From contig CADCHE010000015.1 of assembly GCA_902801205.1 (NCBI GenBank), positions 6,110-70,109 on the forward strand: 64,000 nucleotides of DNA, written 5' to 3'. The position numbers and the translations under genes are program-made. Origin of the DNA: an uncultured Bacteroidia bacterium (lineage in GTDB: Bacteria; Bacteroidota; Bacteroidia; Bacteroidales; UBA932). Every line of letters starts with the position of its first letter. Position 1 is the stretch's first letter. The notes under the pieces are model-generated. The model was not told where the DNA came from, ran no database searches, and saw only the letters and a program-made list of their open reading frames with translations. Shown here piece by piece: positions 56,921 through 64,000 of the stretch.

Positions 56921-57292
56921 TTAACGCACTTCCTTATAGGTGCCATCCGTGTAGAAAATGACGATTTTCTCAATGCATGGGGGCTCGGCGGCCGATGCAG
57001 AAGGGGCAGGATTTTCTTGTAAAGCAGGTGGTTCCGCAGGAAAAGGGATGCACGCCTCGGGAGGGGAAGCTGCATCGGGAGACGTTTTGTACATCTTGCC
57101 CTTTCCAAGCAGGAGCCATTCCAGGTTCAGGTTCGGATAAGCGCGGGCAAGGTTTTCCAGAAATTCGTAGCCGGGCTTGTTGCGTCCGGCGAGAATGTGC
57201 GAAATGCTGGCACGGCCTACGCCGATGCGATCCGCAAACTGGGATTGCGAAATATTTTCTGCGAGAAGGAACTGTTGGAGCCTGCCGTTCAT
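56921..57292 (-). CDS. XRE/Cro-C1 helix-turn-helix regulator
   Basis: SQSQFADRIGVGRASISHILAGRNKP, LNLEWLLLGKG, C-terminal IEKIVIFYTDGT. Confidence 0.9.
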   Translation of the reverse strand: MNGRLQQFLLAENISQSQFADRIGVGRASISHILAGRNKPGYEFLENLARAYPNLNLEWLLLGKGKMYKTSPDAASPPEACIPFPAEPPALQENPAPSASAAEPPCIEKIVIFYTDGTYKEVR

Positions 57293-57313
57293 CTTGTGAT
57301 TGCTTGTTGTTTA

Positions 57314-57321
57314 CAAAGATA
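57314..57321 (-). promoter_or_regulatory. -7 promoter element TATCTTTG for the XRE gene
   Basis: Minus-strand TAnnTTTG 21 nt before the ATG. Confidence 0.55.
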
Positions 57322-57710
57322 GCAATATAATTCAAAACAGTCAATATCCATTTTCGGGCTTTTGTACTTGGAAACAAATTTCAAAGCAGCAGAAATGGGT
57401 TAGAAAATACTTCACTAAACAAGTAGCTATTCTTTGATTATATTATAGTTAATTACGTTAATAATCGTCTTTTTCGCAGGATGGTTCAAAATCTTGTTCA
57501 CCTGACCGTTCTTTTATCTAAAGTCTTCTTTTTAAAAAACCAAATAAAACTCTGATTATGAATAAAATAGCACAAGTAGAAAAGTGTGATAAGATTCCTT
57601 TATGGTCCCATAGTTAACAAAACTAAAAATAATTAGAAAGTTTACAAAGTAGAACATGTGTAGTAGAATTGTAAACGCTACCAGGATTTCCGAATTTGAC
57701 CGCGAATGCG

Positions 57711-57718
57711 TAAATTTG
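57711..57718 (+). promoter_or_regulatory. -7 promoter element TAAATTTG for queA
   Basis: TAnnTTTG just upstream of queA. Confidence 0.55.
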
Positions 57719-57740
57719 CAGAGTAAAAAGCATGTGGCGT

Positions 57741-58961
57741 ATGATTCCGGAAATACACATCGAAGATTACAATTATGCGCTTTCTGACGAGCGCATCGCG
57801 AAATATCCTTTGTCGGAGCGGGACGCTTCAAAACTTCTCGTATATAAGGAAGGCAAAGTCACCGACGCCGTTTTCCGCCAGCTGGCCGACTATCTCCCCG
57901 CCGGCGCCCTGATGGTGTTCAACGATACCAAAGTGGTTCCTGCACGCCTTCACTTCCAGCGTGAAAGCGGTGCACATATCGAGATTTTCTGCCTGGAGCC
58001 GGTCGACCCCGTCGAATACAACCTCGCCTTTGCCGCGGACGCCTGCTGTACCTGGAAATGCGTCATCGGCAATGCAAAGCGATGGAAGGGCGATGTCCTG
58101 CATCTTTACAATCCGCAGGACGATCCTTCCCTGGTGCGGATGAACCTGCGGGCGGAACCCGGTATCCGTGAGGACCGTACGGGGACGGTGACCTTCCGCT
58201 GGGACGACGGCGCACCTTTCTCCCAGGTGCTGGAGCGCTGCGGCCAGGTTCCGATCCCTCCCTATCTCGGCCGGGAGACGGAGCGCATCGACGCAGAGCG
58301 TTACCAGACCCTGTACGCGCGCATCCGGGGCTCCGTGGCTGCGCCGACGGCCGGCCTCCATTTCACCGAACGGGTGCTCGGCGACATCGCGGCGAAGGGC
58401 ATCACGCGTGAACATGTCTGTCTCCATGTGGGCGCCGGGACCTTCCTGCCGGTCAAGGATTCCCTGGTGTCGCGCCACGCCATGCATCGCGAGCCGTTTG
58501 CCATCCGGCTGGACCTGCTGCGGAAACTGCGCCGCCGGGAAGCCCCCCTGGTCGCGGTCGGAACGACGTCGGTCCGGACCCTCGAGTCGCTCTATTATGC
58601 CGGTGTCTCCTGTATCGAGGGCGGTGCGCCGGAAGATGTCGCCCAGTGGGCGCCGTACGAACGGGAATACGCGTACAGCACCGAAGAGGCGCTCGACGCC
58701 CTTATCGCCTGGCTGGAGCGGAGCGGAAAGGAAGAACTGACCCTCGGTACACGCATCATCATCGTTCCGGGTTTCCGTTTCCGCCTGGTCGATATCCTCG
58801 TTACGAACTTCCACCAGCCTGAGAGTACGCTGATCCTGCTGGTTTCCGCTTTTGTGGACGGGGACTGGCGTACCATCTATGACCACGCCCTCGCGGGCGG
58901 CTACCGGTTCCTCAGTTACGGTGACAGCTCCGTTCTTTTCCGGAGAAGTCTTGTGATTTGA
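57741..58961 (+). CDS. queA: S-adenosylmethionine:tRNA ribosyltransferase-isomerase
   Basis: RIAKYP, FNDTKVVPAR, PIPPYL, YQTLYA, SVAAPTAGLHF, LHVGAGTF, TNFHQP, YRFLSYGD. Alternative start at 57732. Confidence 0.96.
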   Translation: MIPEIHIEDYNYALSDERIAKYPLSERDASKLLVYKEGKVTDAVFRQLADYLPAGALMVFNDTKVVPARLHFQRESGAHIEIFCLEPVDPVEYNLAFAADACCTWKCVIGNAKRWKGDVLHLYNPQDDPSLVRMNLRAEPGIREDRTGTVTFRWDDGAPFSQVLERCGQVPIPPYLGRETERIDAERYQTLYARIRGSVAAPTAGLHFTERVLGDIAAKGITREHVCLHVGAGTFLPVKDSLVSRHAMHREPFAIRLDLLRKLRRREAPLVAVGTTSVRTLESLYYAGVSCIEGGAPEDVAQWAPYEREYAYSTEEALDALIAWLERSGKEELTLGTRIIIVPGFRFRLVDILVTNFHQPESTLILLVSAFVDGDWRTIYDHALAGGYRFLSYGDSSVLFRRSLVI

Positions 58962-58973
58962 AAAAGAATTGTA

Positions 58974-58981
58974 TAGCTTTG
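58974..58981 (+). promoter_or_regulatory. -7 promoter element TAGCTTTG for the acyltransferase
   Basis: TAnnTTTG 7 nt before the ATG. Confidence 0.5.
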
Positions 58982-58988
58982 CATTGTT

Positions 58989-60164
58989 ATGGCTGAATAC
59001 AAGGAATTCGACAGTATATGTCCTTATAATGACGAGGAGGCGGTCGCTGCATTGAGTCAAGTGGCTGACCATCCCGCCGTCTTCGCACTCTCCGGTTATT
59101 TCTTTCCGGACGAACCCGTCACCTATCTCCGGAGCGCTTTGAAGCAGGTCCGCAGCATCGACGAGTTCCAGCAGCTGATCATGAACCAGGCGGTTACCTG
59201 GGTGATGGAGAATACCGTCCACAATTTCTCATACAGCGGTATCCGCAACGTCTCTGCCCAGAAAGGCAAGTTCCTGGCGATGTCCAACCATCGGGACATC
59301 ATCCTCGATCCGGCGATCACGCAGCAGGTGTTCTTCCGGAACGGCATTCCGATGACCGAGATCTGCGTCGGGGACAATCTGATCAAGCAAAGCAAGACGG
59401 TCGAGAAATTGCTCCGCTCCAACCGGATGATCACCGTGATCCGCGGGATTTCCGCCCGCGAGCTGTACCTTTCTTCGCAGGTGCTTTCCCGCTATATCCG
59501 CCAGACGATCACATCCGGAAAGTCTTCCATCTGGCTCGCGCAGCGGCAGGGACGGACAAAGGACGGCATCGATACGACGGAACAGGGCCTGCTCAAGATG
59601 CTCGACATGAGCGGAACGCGGTCTTTCGAAGAGAATTTCTCCGAACTCTGCATCCTCCCGATGAGCATTTCCTATGAGCTGGAGCCCTGCGACATCAAGA
59701 AGGCCCGCGAAATCCTGATTTCCCGTACGGAAAAATACGTAAAGAAACGTACGGAAGACCTCCATAGCATCGTCACCGGTATCCGCCAGCAGAAGGGCAA
59801 CATCCACCTGACCTTCTCGAACCCCTTGACGCGCGACGAAATCGCCGAGGCGGCGAAGGGCAGCGGCAACGACCGGTACCAGCGCATCCGGCACGTGGTC
59901 AACCGGCGTATCATCGCCGGGTACAAACTCTGGAAGACGAATTACATCGCCGTCGACCTTCTGGAGGGCGACACGCGGTACGCCGACCGGTACGCCCCCG
60001 AGGACCGCGAGCGCTTTGAGGCCTATACGGAACACCGGCTCGACAAGGTGGAGCGGAAACTCGACAGGAACGACCTGCGCGATATTTTCCTTCACATCTA
60101 TGCCAATCCGGTGTACTCGAAGGAGAAGCTTGCGGACAACGTCCCGTTCCGGGCGGACGAATAA
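58989..60164 (+). CDS. Glycerolipid acyltransferase (PlsC/PlsB-like)
   Basis: HxxxxD motif NHRDIILD, GDNL, AQRQGRTKDG, PMSISYE..PCD. Confidence 0.88.
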   Translation: MAEYKEFDSICPYNDEEAVAALSQVADHPAVFALSGYFFPDEPVTYLRSALKQVRSIDEFQQLIMNQAVTWVMENTVHNFSYSGIRNVSAQKGKFLAMSNHRDIILDPAITQQVFFRNGIPMTEICVGDNLIKQSKTVEKLLRSNRMITVIRGISARELYLSSQVLSRYIRQTITSGKSSIWLAQRQGRTKDGIDTTEQGLLKMLDMSGTRSFEENFSELCILPMSISYELEPCDIKKAREILISRTEKYVKKRTEDLHSIVTGIRQQKGNIHLTFSNPLTRDEIAEAAKGSGNDRYQRIRHVVNRRIIAGYKLWKTNYIAVDLLEGDTRYADRYAPEDRERFEAYTEHRLDKVERKLDRNDLRDIFLHIYANPVYSKEKLADNVPFRADE

Positions 60165-60171
60165 TCCTGAA

Positions 60172-61455
60172 TCAGAACAATGTGTTCACGGCGGCGATGA
60201 TCTCTTCCGCCGGCAGTTCGGGACTCAGGACGAGGTCCGGCTGTTTGAGCGAATACCCTTTGGCCGTCGCCTCGATCATTCCGGCGCCGGTGATATTGAG
60301 CATCACGGTCTCGTTCTTGGACACGGAACCGTCTTCCAGGGCTTTGGCCAGCGCGGCGACGGCGCAGGCGGAAGCGGGGAAGATGTCGTATCCTTCCTTG
60401 TGCAGGAACTGCAGGAGATAGAAGATCAGTTCGTCGTTGTTGACTTTGTAGAAGTCGCCGCCGGAGGCGCGGAGCACGTCGAACAGGCCGCCGGCGAGGC
60501 CGTACGGCGGTTTTCGGTTGGAGAGCACCTTGGCGAGGATGATCTCTGCGTTCCGGCGCGAGGAATCCGCCGTCAGGGGCACGAGGTCGCGGGTCCCCGC
60601 TTTCCATGAATCGTACATCAGGGTATAGGGAGCGTTCTGCACGCAGTAGATGCGCATCTTGTTCGCACCGAACCGGCCGTCGGCGGCCAGGCGTTCCGCG
60701 TTCTCCCATGCGGCAATGGCACCGGTGCCGCTGCCGACAGCCTGGAAATAGGCGTCGGGGATGCGCCCGATCGACTCCACGGCGCTCAGTACGGTCGTCC
60801 CCATGCCGTCGCGGCGGGCGACGTTCTTGGCGCCGCCTTCCAGCAGGTACCGGGGATCCTGGCAGAGTTTCTCGCCGAGTTGGATGGCGTCATAGTAGTC
60901 CGTTCCGTGCGGCGTGGCGATGACCTTCACGCAGGGATGCAGTTTGCGGCGGAACCACAGGTCGGCGACGTTGTCGCTGGGGATACAGACGACGAGGGGG
61001 ATGCCGTTGTCGGAGCAGACGCGGGCGAAGGCACGTGCCGTGTTGCCTGCAGACTGGACGACCAGGATGCGCTTGTTCTTCCTGGGCAGCCGGGCGCAGA
61101 CGGAATAGGCTTCCGTCTCCTTGAAGGATCCCGTTTCCATCCGGGCGCCCCGCTTGGGGACATAGCCCGAGAGGGTGATGTACAGGTCGCTCATTCCCAG
61201 CAGTTTGGCCAGCCCCTTGCTCTTGTAGGTGACCGGTGCGTGCGAGTGGCGCAGGGTGCGCTGGATCGGAAGCCAGTCGGCATAGCGGTACAGCCCCTTC
61301 AGGTTGCTCCTCGGGTTGAAGTTCTGGTTTTCATATACCGCGCGAAGCAGGGACGGATCGCCCCCTTCCGGATCCGAGAGGGTCCAGCCGGCGTCGTCGA
61401 AAATCCTGCCCGAACCGACGTTCATCAGCCGGTATTTCGTGGGTTCGAATTTCAT
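60172..61455 (-). CDS. Cysteate synthase (threonine-synthase-like PLP enzyme, archaeal type)
   Basis: YRYADWLP, TLSGY, PLP lysine in TGSFKETEA, SAGNTARAF, EGGAKNVARRDGMG, YFQAVGSGTG, VLSNRKPPY, LNITG. Confidence 0.85.
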   Translation of the reverse strand: MKFEPTKYRLMNVGSGRIFDDAGWTLSDPEGGDPSLLRAVYENQNFNPRSNLKGLYRYADWLPIQRTLRHSHAPVTYKSKGLAKLLGMSDLYITLSGYVPKRGARMETGSFKETEAYSVCARLPRKNKRILVVQSAGNTARAFARVCSDNGIPLVVCIPSDNVADLWFRRKLHPCVKVIATPHGTDYYDAIQLGEKLCQDPRYLLEGGAKNVARRDGMGTTVLSAVESIGRIPDAYFQAVGSGTGAIAAWENAERLAADGRFGANKMRIYCVQNAPYTLMYDSWKAGTRDLVPLTADSSRRNAEIILAKVLSNRKPPYGLAGGLFDVLRASGGDFYKVNNDELIFYLLQFLHKEGYDIFPASACAVAALAKALEDGSVSKNETVMLNITGAGMIEATAKGYSLKQPDLVLSPELPAEEIIAAVNTLF

Positions 61456-61482
61456 GGTGTGCGTTTTTTCGTGTTATGGTGA

Positions 61483-62448
61483 TTATAATTGACAGATCAG
61501 GAAAGTCATGTAAGCGGCTTCGCAGGCGACCAGGAGGGCGCCTCCACCGCGTCCCAGCAGCCTTCGGGGATGCACCAGGGCCAGCAGGAGGAGCAGCACG
61601 CCGCCGGAGAGGAAGGCGATGTAGTCCACCGGGGTGATGTTTGAGAAACTGAGCGGATGGATCAATGCCGAACCGCCCAGGATCAGCAGGACGTTCGAGA
61701 TGTTGGACCCGAGGATATTTCCGAGCGCGAGGGCGTCTTTCTGTTTGGCGGCTGCCACGATGCAGGTCACCAGTTCCGGCAGGGAAGTGCCGCCGGCGAG
61801 GATCGTGATGGCGATGAACTTGTCGCTCCAGCCGGCCATGCGGGCGATGTCCGTCGCCGCATTGACGAACAGGCGGCCGCCGATGACGAGCCCGGCAAGC
61901 CCGCCGAGGACCATCAGGACATACCAGACCGTTTTCCGGGTAGGGGCGGCTGCGCCGGGTTCCTCCTCGTCCTGCTGCGCTTTTCCGCTGCGGAAGGACA
62001 GGACCATGTAGAGGACGAAGAGCAGGAGAAAGAACAGTCCGCCTGCGCGTGTAAGCGTGTTCTCCGTTCCGAGCCCCAGAGCGGTGCGGGTGCCGATCCC
62101 TACCAGCAGCAGGCTGACGAGCAGGTTCAGCGGGATGTCGCGCCGCAGGTTCTCCTTGGTGATCCCGACCGGCAGGATGATGGCGGTCAGTCCGAGGATG
62201 AACAGGATGTTGAAGATGTTGGAACCGATGACATTGCCGATGGCGACATCCGATTTCCCCTGGAAGGCGCCGAAGAAACTGACGACCATTTCCGGCGTGG
62301 ATGTGCCGATGCCGACAATCGTCAGGCCGATGAGGAACTCGCTCAGCCCTGCTTTCCGGGCGATGCCGGAGGCGCCGTCCACCAGATAGTCGGCACCGAA
62401 AACGACCAGGGCGAGCCCGGCGAGAAGAATCAGGATATTTGTCAGCAT
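61483..62448 (-). CDS. Calcium/sodium:proton antiporter (YrbG/CaCA family)
   Basis: Two alpha-repeats GTSTPE...GNVIGSNIFN and GTSLPE...GNILGSNISN. Start moved to MLTN at 62448. Confidence 0.94.
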   Translation of the reverse strand: MLTNILILLAGLALVVFGADYLVDGASGIARKAGLSEFLIGLTIVGIGTSTPEMVVSFFGAFQGKSDVAIGNVIGSNIFNILFILGLTAIILPVGITKENLRRDIPLNLLVSLLLVGIGTRTALGLGTENTLTRAGGLFFLLLFVLYMVLSFRSGKAQQDEEEPGAAAPTRKTVWYVLMVLGGLAGLVIGGRLFVNAATDIARMAGWSDKFIAITILAGGTSLPELVTCIVAAAKQKDALALGNILGSNISNVLLILGGSALIHPLSFSNITPVDYIAFLSGGVLLLLLALVHPRRLLGRGGGALLVACEAAYMTFLICQL

Positions 62449-62456
62449 ATTCGTGA

Positions 62457-62464
62457 ACAAAGAT
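62457..62464 (-). promoter_or_regulatory. -7 promoter element TATCTTTG for the antiporter and cysteate synthase
   Basis: Minus-strand TAnnTTTG 8 nt before the ATG at 62448. Confidence 0.5.
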
Positions 62465-62487
62465 AGTATTTTTCTGCCGATTATGAT

Positions 62488-62495
62488 TAACTTTG
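62488..62495 (+). promoter_or_regulatory. -7 promoter element TAACTTTG for the final ORF
   Basis: TAnnTTTG 23 nt before the ATG at 62519. Confidence 0.55.
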
Positions 62496-62518
62496 GGCAT
62501 CATCCATCGCAATGAACC

Positions 62519-64000
62519 ATGAAAGTATTATCTCTCCTCGCCGGTCTGTTTTTTTCGGCGCTTCTGGGGGCCCAGGAAATCCCGGATGACTTCATCTCCT
62601 TCTCCGTTCCCGGATATGAAAAGCAGATGGAACAGATCCGTGCCATTTACTATGAGGCATACATGAATCCGGCTGCGCGTCCGGGCCCGTCTTTCTGGGA
62701 CGTCTGGACACCGGTTCCGCTGATGAGCGTCGCTCCGCTCAAGGCGGATATGGATTCTCTGTGGATCCACACGATGCTCACGCGCCACATCGACAGGCAC
62801 GGCTATGTCTCCAGCCACCAGCATTTCAGCCACGCGCTCGACAGCGGGTGGCCGTTCCCGTTGTTCCCGCAGTTGCAGGAGGGATTCGAAGGTGCTACGT
62901 TCGGATACCTGTTCCAGGATTCGCCGGAAGATGTGACCGGCATGCTTTCCGGCTGGCGGGGACTTTTGTACGACAAGGGGTACATGGGTGACCGTGCCGC
63001 GGGGCGCTGGACCTTGAAAGGGCTTCGCTCCGGTGGCATCGTGAACGATGCCTGGGAACTGACCGTGACGGACGAATCGCCGTCCATCGAGACGGAAGCG
63101 GGGTTCCTGATCGATGCCTTTTGCTGCCCGTTCATCAGCTTCCGGGCCGAATGGGACACCGATGCCCCCATGCAGGGCGTGATGGAATGGTGCCGGGAAG
63201 GGGAGGAGCGGCTGGGCGGGAAGGCGCAGCGGGTCCTCTTCGACATGCAGCAGCCCGATCCTTTCCATGGCACCCACGTCCGTTACTGTACGTTGGAGCC
63301 CTACCTTGAGAAAGCGTGGACCGGGAAGATCACCAAGTTGCGGTTCACCTTCCCGAACGCGCCCGGGTCGAAGATCCGCCTCCATGCCATCTTTTCAGCC
63401 TTCGACACGCGGCATCAGATGAATGCCTGCAACTTCCTGATCGGATCCATCCATACGTTCAACCAGACCGGAGACGAGGCCTTCCTGCGCGGGAACATCG
63501 AGCGGATGCGCAGGGTTTTCTCCTATGCCCAGGAAGAACTGTACGACCGGAAGGCGGGCATGATCCGGGTCCGTTACCCCGGCCACGACGGTTTGCCCGG
63601 CTTCATTCGGGATTCAGCGGGACGGAAAGTGTATCAATACGGCCATTCCATCGGTGGCAATTACTGGGACATCCTGCCCTTCGGAAACCTGGAGACATAT
63701 ACCTCATATTATTATGTTTATATGCTCCGTATGATGGCTGACTTGGAGGAATACATCAGGTCGAATGAGGCCCTCGGCGTGCCATCCGGCGGCCGTCGCC
63801 TGCATCCGCGCGCCCTGCGCCGGGAAGCGGACCGGATCGCGGCCACGCTGAATCGCAGGCTCTGGAATGAACGTACCGGCCGTTTCTATGCCTCCGAGGA
63901 TGTGGAAGGGAACAAATGGGACTACGGCTTCACCTTCCTGAATGAAGAGGCGATTTATTATGGCGTGGTTTCTCCGGAGCATGCGCGCTCGATCATGGAC
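62519..64000 (+). CDS. Secreted six-hairpin glycosidase-like protein, 3'-truncated (not in the ORF track)
   Basis: Hand translation gives 494 codons with no stop: MKVLSLLAGLFFSALLGA-QEIPDD...; TGDEAFLRGNIERMRRVFSY, GGNYWDILPFG, LWNERTGRFY, DYGFTFLNEEAIYYG resemble (alpha/alpha)6-barrel glycosidases. Confidence 0.8.
   Translation, partial: MKVLSLLAGLFFSALLGAQEIPDDFISFSVPGYEKQMEQIRAIYYEAYMNPAARPGPSFWDVWTPVPLMSVAPLKADMDSLWIHTMLTRHIDRHGYVSSHQHFSHALDSGWPFPLFPQLQEGFEGATFGYLFQDSPEDVTGMLSGWRGLLYDKGYMGDRAAGRWTLKGLRSGGIVNDAWELTVTDESPSIETEAGFLIDAFCCPFISFRAEWDTDAPMQGVMEWCREGEERLGGKAQRVLFDMQQPDPFHGTHVRYCTLEPYLEKAWTGKITKLRFTFPNAPGSKIRLHAIFSAFDTRHQMNACNFLIGSIHTFNQTGDEAFLRGNIERMRRVFSYAQEELYDRKAGMIRVRYPGHDGLPGFIRDSAGRKVYQYGHSIGGNYWDILPFGNLETYTSYYYVYMLRMMADLEEYIRSNEALGVPSGGRRLHPRALRREADRIAATLNRRLWNERTGRFYASEDVEGNKWDYGFTFLNEEAIYYGVVSPEHARSIMD

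Noticed and set aside
1-64000. CRISPR arrays, tRNA/rRNA genes, transposases, integrases, phage or defence genes, invertible promoters
   Set aside because: None recognised by eye; intergenic gaps are too short or otherwise explained. A tRNAscan/Infernal/CRISPR scan would confirm.

Overview
A 64-kb, gene-dense, high-GC (roughly 60%) chromosomal segment of a Bacteroidales bacterium. The assignment rests on TAnnTTTG promoters, no Shine-Dalgarno sites, many lipoproteins and TonB receptors, and the conserved DUF3276/nusB/yajC/YbbR/coaE block; a gut or rumen lineage is an inference. It holds 58 CDS (first 5'-truncated; last 3'-truncated and absent from the ORF track), rnpB and a TPP riboswitch. No tRNA, rRNA, CRISPR, transposase or phage genes were seen. 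Best system-level candidate: an uncharacterised outer-membrane operon (DUF4857-like, TonB receptor, small lipoprotein, second beta-barrel, BACON-DUF4876 lipoprotein) near a Fur-family gene, possibly related to the Capnocytophaga iron capture system. Also notable: a three-gene 3-keto-glycoside oxidation/elimination cluster; a dihydropyrimidine dehydrogenase with a truncated PreT Fe-S module fused to PreA and no flavin/NAD(P)H domain; an archaeal-type cysteate synthase plus a candidate ketoreductase (possible sulfonolipid synthesis); a SusCD-less BNR_4/GH78/GH92/ROK cluster; an RNase P RNA lacking P18; two structured REP-like intergenic elements; a 450-bp AT-rich spacer with repeated motifs; and two orphan secreted proteins. 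All family calls come from motif recognition, not database searches.
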